A DNA stretch of 64,000 nucleotides from assembly GCF_009914755.1 (NCBI RefSeq), contig NC_060934.1. One strand, 5' to 3'. This stretch comes from the human T2T-CHM13v2.0 reference genome, Homo sapiens. Position numbers and translations under genes: made by a program. Positions 28,117-40,859 of this stretch are shown here, piece after piece (the stretch's first letter is position 1; each line of letters opens with the position of its first letter). The notes under the pieces were generated by a model. It ran no database searches and was not told the origin of the DNA. It worked only from the letters and a program-made list of their open reading frames with translations.

Positions 28117-30554
28117 TGTGTTAGTCTTCTCGTGAATTGCTATAAAGAAATAACTGAGGCTGGGTAATTTATTAAAAATTTAAAAAGAGATTTTAATTGG
28201 CTCACCATTCTGCAGACTGCATAGGAAACATGGTACTGGCATGTGCTTCTGGGGAGGGCCTCAGGAAGCTTACAATTATGGTGGAAGGCAAGAGGAGCCA
28301 GCATGTCACATGGCAAGAGCAGGGGCAAGAGACAGAGAAGGGGGAGGTCTCAGACTCTTAAACAACCAGATCTCATGTGAACTAATGGAGTGAGAACTCA
28401 CTCATCACCAAGGGGATGGCACTAAGCCATTCATGAGGGATCCATCCCCATGATCCAAACACCTTCCACTAGGTCCCACCTCTAATATTAGAGGTCACAA
28501 TTCAACATGGGATTTGGAGGGCACAAACATCCAACTATGTCATTCTGCCCTTGGCCCCCTAAATCTCATGTTCTTCTTATATTGCAAAATACAATCATCC
28601 CTTCCCAATAGTCCTTAAAGTTTTAACTCATTCCACCATCAAGTACCAATTCCTAAGTCTCATCTAAGACTCATTTCCCTCTACCCATGAGTCTATAAAA
28701 TCAAAACAACTTATTTACTTCCAAGACACAATGGTGGTACAGGCATTTGGTAAACATTCCCATTCCAAAAGGGAGAAATTGGCCCAAAGAAAGGGGCAAG
28801 AAGCCCGAAGCAAATCTGAAACAAAACAGGGCAGGCATTAAACCTTAAAGCTCCAATATAATCCTTGACTCCATGTCCCACATTCAGAGCACACTGGTGC
28901 TTTATGGCTTTGCAAGGTGCAGTACCCATGGCTGCTCTCGCAGGTTGGAGTCTGCTATCTGTATCTTTTCCAGGCTTGAAGAGTGCAAGTTGCTGGTGGC
29001 TCTACCATTCTGGGGTCTGGAGGGTGGCAGCCACCTTTCCATGGCTCCACTAGGTAGCTCCACTAGGTACAAAACACTGTGGGGGCTCCCACCCCACATT
29101 TTCCTTTGGCACTGTCCTAGTAGAGTCTCTTTATGTGGGGGCTCTCCCTCCATGGCAGGCTTCTGCCTGGGCACCCAGGCTTTCTGATACATCCTCTGAA
29201 ATCTAGGGGGAAGCTGCCATCCTGTGTCACACTTGCATCCTGTGCACCTGCACACTTAACACCGCATGGAAGCCACCAGGGCATATGGCAGTTTGTACTC
29301 TCAGAAGAGGCAGCCTGAGCTGTACATGGAATCTTTTGAGCCACAGCTGGAACTGGGGCAGCCGTGTCCTGAGGCTAAACATGGCAGGAGTGTCCAGGGT
29401 CTGGCCTCTGAAACCATTCTTTCCTCCTTAGCCTCTGAGCCTGCAATGGGAGGGGCAGCTTGGAAGATCTGAAATGCCTTCAAGGCCTTTTTCCTGTTGT
29501 CTAGGATATTAGTACTTGGCTCTCTTTTAGTCATGTCAATCTCTTTAGCAAGTGGTTGCTCTGCAGCCCTTTTTAATTGTTACCCTGAAAACAGGCTTTT
29601 CTTCTCTACCACATGGCCAGGCTGTGAATTTTCCAAACTTTTATACTCTGTTTCCCTTTTAAATAAGAGTTCGAACTTTAAGTCATTCCTTAGACTGATC
29701 ACACTTGATTGTAGGCTGTTAGAAGCAGTCAGGCTACCTCTTGAATGCTTTGCTGCTTAAAAAATTTCTTCTGCCAAATACCCCAAGTCATCATTCTTAA
29801 GTTCAAACTTTCACAGATCCCAAGGACTTGGACACAATGGAGCCAAGTTCTTTGCTAAGGTATAACAAGGTGACCTTCACTGCAGTTCCAATAACTTCCT
29901 CATTTCCATCTGAGACCTCATCAGCCTGGACTTTGCTGCCCATATTTCTATCAGTATTTTGGTCATGACCATTTAACCAGTCTCTCTAAGAAGTAGCAAA
30001 CTTTCCCCCATCTTTCTGTCTTTTTCTGAGCCCTCCAACTCTTCCAGCCTCTGCCCATTTCCCATTTCCAAAGCCACTTCCACATTTTCAGGTATTTTTA
30101 TAGCAATGCCCCAGTCCCCAGTACTGATTTTCTGTGTTAGTCATTCTTGCATTGCTATAAAGAAATGCCTGAGGCTGGGTAACTTACAAAGAAAAGAGGT
30201 TTAGTTGGCTTACAGTTCTGCAGGCTGTATGAGTATGGCACTGGCATCTGCTTGGCTTTTAGTGAGGCTTTGGAGCTTTTACTTATGATGGAAGGTGAAG
30301 TGGAAGCAAGCATGTCACATTACCAAAGAGCAAGCAAGACAGAGAGAAGGGGGAGGTTCCAGATTCTTTTAAACAACCAGATCTTGTGTGAACTAACTGA
30401 GAGAGAACTCATCACCATCACTAAGGGGATGGCATTAAACCATTCATGAGGAATACACTCCATGATACAGTATCTCCCACTAGGCCCCACCTCCAACATT
30501 GGAGGTCACATTTCAACATGAGATTTGTAGGGGACAAACATCCAAACCATCTCA
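28117..30554 (-). mobile_element. Full-length MSTB (ERVL-MaLR) element: LTR 28117-28542, internal 28543-30132, LTR 30133-30554
   Basis: Two similar ~425-bp LTRs (tgtgttagtc...ttgctataaagaaat...caaacatccaa..ca); perfect 5-bp TSD CCTCT at 28112 and 30555. Confidence 0.92.
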
Positions 30555-31098
30555 CCTCTTATGACAGGGAAGCCACTTGCTATGCTTAACCACAACAGGA
30601 CGCTGTCAGTGCCAGTAAGCTGGAAGAGCTGGAGGCTATGGGGAGGAATGGGAAAAATGAGTGTCCTAGTGAGATAAGGATTTTCACCTCTGTCCCCAGG
30701 TTCTGACCAAAGCTGGAGTGATTTATCTGGGGACGGGTGGGTTGGATTTGAAAACATTTTTCTTCTTACAAATATCCAAATGAATATATAAAATTTAAAA
30801 TTCTTGTTTGTCAGCCCCTGAAAATATAACCCCAGGTGAGCAACTGTTAGCCTCTTCCTTTTTTTTTCTATGTGCATGGGATTGAGGCAGCTCCAGTGTA
30901 AAACAGAGAAAAGAAATGGAGGGACCTTCTACTCTCTCTTCTTTCCCTCTCTCCCTCTGGTTTTCCGCCTTTCATGCTCTGAATCATATCATACCAGGTG
31001 ACCAAATTTGGGGCATAACCATTTTACTAAAACCCCAGGGCTCTACTCCTTCTGTTCATTTCTGCTGCCTTCACTCAGGGCTCAGAGGAGTTTCCATG

Positions 31099-31750
31099 TT
31101 GGGCTAACTGCAGCACCTCTTCATCAGCACTGATGTAGCAGGTGTCCTGCCCTGCCAGGTGTTCAGGAAGCTGCACCGTCCCAGGGTGAGACTGCCTGGT
31201 GCACAACTTCCCAGGCAATTGCGAATCAGTAACATGGCCGATATTTTCCAGCATGTGAACCTGGGAATTTCTTCCCTTGATACCTCTCTCCAGTTCCCCA
31301 AGTCTCACCCCTCCGGTCTCAAGTCCTCCCTGTTTGCAGCACAGGGAACTCTGGTTTATCTTTTGAGGCCTCTTGTTTCAGACACATGCCTATGGAATTC
31401 TGCCCAGGATGAGCCCATTCATTGGTCCAGTAGCCAATAGGGCAAGTCAAGCTTGGCTGGGAGTAGAAACAGGTGACACTCAAAAGATAAACTAGACTTC
31501 CCTGTGCTGCAAACAGGGAGGACTTGAGTTTGGAGGGGTAAGGCTTAGGGAAACTGGAGAGAGGTATCAAGGGAAGGAATTCCCAGCCTCACATGCTGGA
31601 AAACATCGGCCGTGTCACTAATTCACGATTGCCTGGGAAGCTGTGCATCAGGCAGTCTCACCCTGGACGGTGCAGCTTCCTCATCACCTCACAGGGCAGG
31701 GCAGTGCAGCAGCTGCATCAGTGCTGACAGAGGTGCTGCAGTTAGCCCAA
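31099..31750. repeat. Long inverted repeat: arms 31099-31379 and 31466-31750, 86-nt spacer
   Basis: Hand alignment of left arm to reverse complement of right arm gives roughly 85-90% identity. Confidence 0.93.
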
Positions 31751-33413
31751 AGTGGGAGAGTGGCTGCTGCCCACTTCTCCAGGTACATCTTCTGGTCCCC
31801 TTCCCTCCCCTGCACCCCAACCTTTTCACAACATAGATACTCCAGCAATAAATACCCAAAGCTTTCACTACTTGGAACTCCCTAAACTCTGTGTAGTCTT
31901 TCTATTCTGTGTCTTACCTTGGCCACTCACTCTTCCCCAACCCCTCTTTCCTCTATCCTTTATATTTTAAATTCATTTAGGCATCAGTCACTCTAGAAAG
32001 CCTTCCTTGACTAGTGTAGGCCAGATTTACCATACTGACTTTGAGTTTTCTGTTTAGTAACTGTCTCCCCAACTCCACTGTAACAATCTCAGTCACCTCT
32101 CTCTCTATCCTTGGGACTGAGCCCAGGAACTGGAATATACTAGCGACTCACTCAATTCATACTTGTTTAGCCCAACTAACCCAAGGCAGGAAGCATCTTT
32201 GTGTTCTTCCCCTAAGTTTGCCTTCCTGGCAGATCCCTAACTTCATAAGTATCATCTTGTTATTTGAGCCCCTTAGTAAGAAAACTCTCTGAGAGGCCTC
32301 ACCTTGTAATAATTTGGTTGCATTCTGTTTGGATGATCTGCAGAGTGGAGCACTGTCATTTTTAGATTCCAGACAAATCTCCACTCCACCTAGGAGGAGT
32401 GAAGTGAGGAGGGAGCATATCACCATGCCAAGGTCACAGAAGGAGGCCTTGTAAGGCACTCAGGGTTTTGTGAACTGCCCCCCTCCCTGCCAAGCACAAT
32501 AACCTCACCATGTATGTGATACCTTTCCTTTTGCAACACTTTGGCATATCTGATCTCATTTGACCCTTCCTACAAATCACCTTGTGAGGTAGAAAGAACT
32601 GATTATACAAAAGGAAACAAATGAGGCTGATTCATTTATTTATTCTACAAATACTTATTGGGTTCCCACCGTGTCTCAAGTGAGGCCTTGAGAATGGGCA
32701 GTAAACACAAGTAGCACATTCTCAGCTCTCAGGAAATTCTAGTTCTAGTCTGGGGAGGCAAACAAGTTACTAGTGTGCAAATAAGTAATAAATATAATTT
32801 CCAGTGGTGGTGCATGCTCAAATGACAACCAGGCAGGGTAATATTATAGAAAGTAATGGGTGTGGAGGAGGGGCTGCTTTCAAGCAGGCAAAGCCTTTCT
32901 AAGGAGATGACATTTGAGCCGAAATCGGAATGGCCTGAAGTACTTGTAGATGATCCCTGGGGGGGCTAACATTAGAAACCTGAAGAGGGCTCTTTCCCTA
33001 CCATCCTTTGGGCTCCTCTCTTCCCTCTGTCCCATGTCCATGGCCACCTATGGGTTATGTTAGGGACTGGACATTGGTTTGTTTCACGGTGGGCAGGCAG
33101 GGGATGAGGTGTGATGCAGTTTCTTGGGAACTCGTACAAGCACAGCCCTGTCCCCTCAACCTGAGTATACACAGCCAGCTCAAAACTGAAGAGGGGCCAC
33201 ACAGGGCCAACTTGGCTTCATCTGTTGCCTTTTAGTAGTCCCTTTCTCAAGGGGTCCCTTAGGATTAAACTTCACTTTCCTCTGGGTCAACAGGAGGGGG
33301 TGTCAAGAGACACCTTCCCTAAGGCAGCTAAGAGGTTAGGATCCTGCCATCTTAGAAATTGTGGTAAAATATACATAACAAAATTGATCATCTTAACCAT
33401 TTTAAAGTGTACA

Positions 33414-33620
33414 GGTCAGGTGGAGTGGCTCAAGCCTGTAATCGCAGCACTTTGGGAGGCTGAGGCAGGAGGATTGCTTGAGGCCAAGAGTTTAAGACCA
33501 ACCTGAGCAACATAGAGAAATCCTGTCTTTAAAAAAAAAAAAAAAAATTAGCTGGGTGTGGTGGTGCATGTCTGTAGTCCCAGCTGAATGAGATCATGTC
33601 TCTAAAAAATAAAAATAAAG
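33414..33620 (+). mobile_element. Alu with internally deleted right monomer, inserted in an L1 3' end
   Basis: Right arm jumps from gtcccagct to the tail; TSD taaagtgtaca. Confidence 0.85.
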
Positions 33621-35353
33621 TGTACAGTTCCGTGGCATTAAGTACATTTACATTGTTTTGCAATTGTTACCATTGCCTCTCTCACAAGATTTTTCATCAT
33701 CCTAAGCTGAAACTCCATACCCATTAAACAATAACTTCCTGCCATTTTTAAAGCCCCGATGGATCATGGGTAATGAGGAAATTTTACAAAAGCCTCTGCT
33801 CTGATGTGTAGGATCCTCTTATGCTCAATGTAATATCTTTAGGTATACGCTGAAGACAAGAATCACCTGGCAGTGTGGTGATAGGAGAGGTGCCTGCTAA
33901 AAATGCAGATCTCTTTTCCCCTTCCTGAATCAAAATCTCTTGGGTTCCACCCTAGCAAGGATAGTTTTACCAAGTCCCCACCATGATTCTGATGCTGATG
34001 TAAATGTGAGAATCACTAGCCTCAGCCTCATGGGAAGACAAAGTGAGGAAGACTATTAGCCAGGGTGGATGGGTTAACTCACAGTATGGGGAGACAGCTG
34101 CCTGGATTTGAATCTTCACTTCACCTGTGGTTCACTGTATGACTTAATCTGTCAAAACCTCAGTTTTCTTATCTCTAAATTGGAAATTGTCATCTTGGTA
34201 CATACCTCACCGCAGTTCCTGTGAAGACTGAATAAAATTATACACACGAGGTGCTCAGCACAGGTCATGGAGTCAGAGGTCTTGATATAGTATAGGGGCT
34301 GCTGTGTGCAAGGTAGTTATGTTTTCTTGAGGAGTTATGGGTAAAATGAATCAAATTTTACTACCTCAAAGCTGCTTTATCTTAGCTGTCATCCATTGCA
34401 GGAAAGCAACCAAGGTTATTAGTCAGGATAGAAAAAAAAATGCCAGTAGCAACTGAGAGGGTAGAATGCTTTTCTTGAAAAATCTTTTCAGAGTTAGATT
34501 CAGATAGAAAAGTTCCTGAGATGAATGGTTAAGTGACTAGTAGTATGCATTGCATCTATTGTTTAGCTGTGGGAAATAATAAAGAAAACGAGGGATTGGT
34601 GCCTGAACCAGATCCTTACCACTGCCCCACTGGGAACAGGGCAGTCAGGGTTGTTTAAAGACTATTCTGGATGTTTTGTGCCCCAGTCGTTTGAGAGTGA
34701 GGCTTATAGACAGTGGTCAGAAAAGCTTCCTGGCTAGAACGTGGCTCAGGAGAAAGGAAGGTAATGGGAGCCTGGGAATGATAAACAGGACTCAGAAATG
34801 GGAATGAATAGGCCAGGTTCAGGGAATAGGGGGCTAGCGCACCCTAACTGAAATGAGTGTCAAACTAATGGGTTGGAGAGGCTAGTGTTGATCAGACCAG
34901 CCTCAAACCCAGCTCTATTTGGCCGAATGAAATATAAACTATCACCTAACCCTAGTAAATTTCCCTTTGATAAATATCAATTAGGCCAATTAGAGTAGTT
35001 TTATGGACCATTTTTACTTGGTACCTACCACATAGTGGGTGTTAAAAATTATTTGTTGAATGAGTGAATGAATCATACCCGTTGGTTGATCAGCTTTTGG
35101 AGGAAACATTGAGCAATCTGGAAGCCGCTATATGTCCAAGGATGTGTTTACAAATACATAAAACAGGTGAGAGTATGTGTGGCTTCGGAGGGGCAAGGCA
35201 GTATGATTTTCCATGATCGCCTCCTTTTAAAACATAACATTTAGAACTTTGGGAAAGGAATTGCTGCTATTTATGTAGGTTTTATTATGTCCAAAAATTA
35301 TTCCTTTAGACAGTATAATATTATTATATATTATTATATTTAGACAATAGTAC

Positions 35354-35687
35354 TAGGTTGAGTGTCCCTTATCTGAAATACTTGGGACCAGAAGTGTTTT
35401 GGATTTTGGACTTTTTTGTATTTTGGAATATTTGCATTATACATAATGAGCTATCTTGGGGATAAGACCTAAAACATTAAACTCATTTATGTTTCATACA
35501 TACCTTATATGTATAGCTTAAAGGTAATTTTATATAATATTTAGAATAATTTTGTGCATAAAGCAAAGTTTTGACTGCAGTTTGACTCTGACCAGTCACA
35601 TGATATCAGGTATGTCAGCACTCAAAAAGTTTCAGATTTTCAAACATTTTTGGATTTCAGATTTGCGAGTTAGGGATGCTTAACCTG
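35354..35687 (+). mobile_element. Tigger4/MER46 (TcMar-Tigger) MITE
   Basis: TIRs aggttgagtgtccct ... agggatgcttaacct. Confidence 0.82.
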
Positions 35688-38629
35688 TGTTTTGTCTAAT
35701 GAAGCAGGATAAAAACAATATATAGTATAATTTCAATTCTGTAAAAGATCTATGTTCATGGGGAAAAAGCTGGGAGGAAGTTATAACAAAATTAGAACTT
35801 ATTGATGGTATCATTTCTTTTGTTTATCAGCCCCTTTCTCAAATTTTCCACAGTAAATGTGTAGGTATGTATTACTTTTATAATCAGAAAAATATATAAT
35901 AGCCTGTTTTATTTGTTAAAAAGTTAGTGTAGAGTATGGTACGGCACTTTGGCCAAAGCTTGCTTTGTTTTTTTAATCCCTGGTACCCATAAAATCACAA
36001 CTGATATTTGAAATGATGACGTAATGATATTAAAAAATGAACTATACTTAACATGCTTCCTATGCTTAGTCAAGTCTAATACTACTCATGTTCTGTGATG
36101 CAGTTGATTTGCTGAGGAGCCCACACCATTCAGGTCCTGGGATTTGCTCCATCCCCCACACCTGCATTTCCCTTGACCTTCCTGGGTAGCCCCACCCCCA
36201 ACCCCCATCAGAGCCTCAGAAATGGCCTGAAGGCTGGGAGGGGACAGGTCAGAGCCACCCTGCTTGCTTCAGATTGTGGACTCTGAAAACAGTTCTGTCT
36301 GTTTTATTTGGGGTTACACCATCCAGAAAAATAGCAAAAGTGCTGCAGTATTGGCCTGCAGATTAAGCACTTTAAAAAACAAAAACTAACCCTGAAACTT
36401 GTTTGCTTCATTTTTTTCTTTTCAATTAGGTAAGAAGTGTAAGTAATATTGTGTCCTTCCTTTGGATGATGAATTCTCAGTGGCAAATCAGAGGCACAGC
36501 TAAAATGAACTTTGAGTTTTAACGAGGTATTCTATTTGCATTTTTAATTCTATCCAAAACAAGCTATTAGAATGACATCAAGTGTTTGAGTCAGCTGTTG
36601 CCTTGGGCATCCACCCAGAATTTGATGTCATTGATGGGCATCCATGAGAAGCAGGAATAGTTTTTAAACTTGTTAACTGGAGGGCCACTGAAGGCCTTCA
36701 ATTGGTGTTGGTGTTGATTATAATACAAATATAAAAAAGAAAATGGCTAGAAATCACCATCTTATATGACATAATACTTATACATTAAGTATATGGATTT
36801 AAAATGCTTCCCATCTGCTACGGCTTTGTGGGGGAATCTCTATGAGACTGGAGAGTTATTTAGTCTGGAAAATGTTTTGCTTAGTGTGATGATAAAATGT
36901 AGGCTAGACATCAGATGTAGGGGATCCAGATATGAGGGGATCATCAGACATAGGGGATCCAGACAGGAGGCAGAGCCTGAAGAAAAGAGTTGCAGAAGCT
37001 GAATCATATCTTCTTTTGATTAAATCAGGATCATTTTACTGAAAGACTGTAATGTAAGAATGTGTGAGGGTGGTAGAGTGTTTCTTTTATGTTTATCTCG
37101 TCCAGAGTGAGTTTTCATCTTACGAGTTTTTAATTCTTTTGAAGACAATTACCTTAATTAAGGAATGACTTCTAGAGTACTGGTTTGAAAAAGCATTTAG
37201 CAAATAGGTGTGCTGATGTTGACTGTCAATTAATTTAAAATTGCTTATAATACGAGCTTGAGTTAACCCAGCTAATTGGAGGCAACTGGCTGCTTGAGGA
37301 AGCTTGTATTTTTGATGCATGGATGTGTCATGCAATGTGTTCAAGGAAGCAGCTCAGGGCCCTTCCCACTTTTCTCTTCCCCCTCGTTGCCAGGCTTCCG
37401 AAATGTGCTATGCTACTTTGACCTGCTATGAGAACTTTCCTGGGCTTGCCCAGGATAGTTCTACTGCTTTTGCTGATGGAGGCTACTCTGCCCTTGCTAA
37501 ACAGAAGGCAAGGCCAACCCATGACCTTCCATCCCAGCTCCAATAAGTGACTGTGATTCCCTCTCTGTTCTGTTTTCTCCTGACTTTACTTCCCAGGGCA
37601 GGTCCTCTTCTACAGACTATGACATTCTCTGGAAAGTCTTCACTGATGACTTGAGTTTATGCTGATTTCTACCATCTGTATCTGCACTTTTGGTCTGTTG
37701 CACAATTAGTATGCTTACAATTTAATGATTCTCTAACTTTTTTACTACCTGAACTATACTATTGAATATTTTGTGGTATTAGTTCATATCCTAATTTTTT
37801 TCTTTATGACTCTGTAGTAAGTAATGATTTCCTGTAGGGAGGGATTCTGTCTTTCTCTTCTTGTGAACTAATCTGGTACCTTGCACATGTGCTAAGCACC
37901 CAGTAAACTTGTAGAAATGTTAAGAATCATTTAGCTTCCTGCACTGGATAAGATAAGGAAAATGATCACATATAACATATAATAATATCCTACACAAAAC
38001 AGTAAGTGTACAGATATTTGAGCCTTTATTATTATAGTGCTGAAGGGGTGATTTAAAAGAAATAGACATAGTCCTATATCAGGAAATAATATTTGATGAC
38101 TCTGGAGAGGTTTTTATAATGATAAGAATAAAAGGTACTACTTTTTGAGAGACTGCTATTTCATAGGATCATTATGAGAATTACATGAGAAACTTATTTT
38201 TCCCCATTTTGCAGATATGAAAACTAAGCCTAGCAAGGTTGAGTTATTTAAGATAAACCTGTTAAGTGATGAAGGCAGGATATGAACCCAAACACTGCTA
38301 TGCCAGTGCTATGAATTCATTTGAGATTTTCAGCATCAGATCTGTACAGTTGAGGAAGTTGTTTGCTGCTCAGAGGTGCCCAGCTAAAGGAGCAAGTGGG
38401 ATTGAAATGCAGCCTGTGGTCCACTTGAAAAGTTGATATGTTATGGGGAGTAAAGTATACATCTATATAGCCACCACCTCAATCAAGAGAGAACATTTCC
38501 AATATTTCTCAAAAAGTGGCTTTGGGACATGTTATAGTCTTCCCAGTCCACCCTCCCCATCACCCACCCTGCTTCCAGCAGCAACTGATCCAATTCTATC
38601 TCCATAGCTTGATTTTGCATGTTTTAGAG

Positions 38630-38842
38630 CAGCACTGTCCTGTAGAACTTTATGCGATGATGGAAATGTTCTCTATATCTCCGCTGTCCAATATGTTTGC
38701 CACTAGCCACATGTGACTCTTGGAACACTTGAATTGTGGCTAGCACAATGGAAGAACTGAATTTAAAAATTCTACTTAATTTTACTTAATTTAAATTTAA
38801 ATAACTGCGTGTGGCTAGTGCCCACAGTATTAGACAGCACAG
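38630..38842 (+). mobile_element. MER3 (hAT-Charlie)
   Basis: cagcactgtcc...gatgatggaaatgttct...gtggctagtg...gacagcacag. Confidence 0.88.
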
Positions 38843-39924
38843 ATCTAAACTTCAAATAAATAGATGCATTCAGTGTCTGGCTTCTTTCATGCAATGTGGT
38901 GTTTTTGAGAGTCATCCATGTTTGTTATATAATGGAAATCATTCCTTTTATTGCTGAGTAGAATTTAGTTTTATGAATATACTACAAGTTATTTATTTGT
39001 CTGCTGGTAGACTTTTGGGTTGTTTTCAGTTGGGGGCTATTGTGAATAAAGTTGCTATAAACATTTTTGTATAAGTCTGCTTATGGATATATGCTTTTAC
39101 TTTTCTTCTACGAATAGAATTTTTGGATTGTAAAATGTATTTAAGTATATGCTTAACTTTATAAGAAACTGCCAAAATGTTTTCCAAAGTGGCTGTACCA
39201 CTTTATATTCTGACCAGCAATGTTGCAGTTGCTCTATGTTTTTACCAACTTTGGTATGGCTGGTCATTTTAATTTTAGCTAGTCTAGTGGGTGTGAAGTG
39301 CTATCTCATTGTGATTTTAATTGCTATTTCCCTTATGACTAATGATGTTGAATATCTTTTCGTGTACTTATAGACCATCTGTATTTCTTCTTCAATAAAG
39401 TGCTTATTCAAACCTTTGCCCATTTTTAAAAATAGGGTAATTTGTCTTATGATTGAGCTATAGAGGTTCTTTGTGTATTCTAGATGTAAATCCCTTGTTA
39501 GATGTTTGTATTAAAAATATTTTTTATCATTCTGTGGCTTGTCTTTTGAAGAGGAGATGTTTTTAATTTTGATTAATTCAATTTACCATTTTTTTATTCT
39601 GTGGTTTGTATTTAGCCTAGGAAGTTTCTGTTTATTCCAATATTGTAAAAATTTTCTCTTCTGCTTTCTTTTAGAAGTTTATAATTTTAGCTTTTATGTG
39701 TCGGACTATTATCTATTTTGAGTTAATTATTGTGTGTGGTGTGAGATAGGGGTTGAGGTTCATTTTTTTTCATGCAGAAGTTTTGTTGATCCATCACAAT
39801 ATGCTTGTAGGCTATTTGCATTTATTATTTTGTGGGAAGTGTCTGTTCAAGTCTTCTGCCCATTTCTTAAAAACTTGGGTTGTTTGCTTATTATTGAGCA
39901 GTAATAGTTTTTTTTATTGTTGTT

Positions 39925-40220
39925 TTGTTTCTGTTTTTGAGACAGAGTCTCACTCTGTTACCCACACTGGGGTACAGTGGCATAATCTTTGCTCACTGCA
40001 GGCTCCACCTCCTGGCTTCAAGTGATTCTCGTGCCTCAGCCTCCTGAGTAACTGGGATTACAGGTTTGCACCACCATACCCAACTAATTTTTTGTATTTT
40101 TAGTAGAGATGGGGTTTCACTATGTTGGCCAGGCTGGTCTTGAACTCCTGGCCTCAAGTGATCTGCTCATCTCATCCTCCCAAGGTGATGGGATTACAGG
40201 CATGAGCCACTGCGCCTGGC
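39925..40220 (-). mobile_element. Alu (AluS/J-like)
   Basis: Reverse Alu ending gagccactgcgcctggcc. Confidence 0.93.
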
Positions 40221-40859
40221 CAATAATAGTTTCTTATATGTACAAATACAAGAACCTTTTCAGATATGTGTACTGTGAATATTTTCTCCCGGTCTGTGTC
40301 TTACCTTTGTCCTTCTTAATGGTTTTTTTTTTTTTTTTTTGAAGACCAGAAGTTTTAAATTTTGATTAAGTTCATTTTATTGTGTTTTTAATTGTTAGTG
40401 CTTTTAGTGTCTTAAGAAAATTTTCTGTATCCCAAGGTCTTGAATATTTTTTCTGTTTCCTTCTAGAAATTTTTGTTGTTTTAGATTTTATATTCTGGCC
40501 TATAATCCCTTATGAATTAATATTTGTGCATGGTATGACATGGGGGTTGATGTTCATTTTTGTTTTTATTTGAATCCAGCACCATTTATTGACTGCCCTT
40601 TCCCCATTTAATTACATTTGTACCTTTGTTGAAAACTCAATCGACCATATATATGTAAATCTATTTCTAGACTATATTCTATTTCATTGATGTAAATTTC
40701 TATCCTTATGCCAGTATCACATTGTCAAGATTATTGGAGCTTTGTAGTATCTTGAAATTAGGTTAACTTCTCCAATTTTTCTCTCTTCTAAGAATTATTC
40801 TGACCATTCTAAAGCCTTTATGTTTTCCACAAATTTGCTAGATTGTTTCAATTTGAAAA

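Larger units (their letters stand above)
38450..40855 (-). mobile_element. Old L1M 3' portion (3'UTR plus ORF2 C-terminus), with MER3 and Alu insertions
   Basis: Antisense L1 motifs (ataagaaactgccaaaatgttttccaaagtggctgtacca; tatctcattgtgattttaattg). Confidence 0.85.

Noticed and set aside
28711-29760. Several ORFs in the MSTB internal region
   Set aside because: Fragmented, decayed MaLR internal sequence; no intact gene.
31075-31970. Pairs of similar peptides on opposite strands
   Set aside because: A by-product of the inverted repeat; non-ATG starts and frameshifts between arms indicate non-coding DNA.
36909-36963. Short aggggatc-containing direct repeats
   Set aside because: Small slippage duplication; no repeat-spacer array, and CRISPR is not applicable to this eukaryotic DNA.
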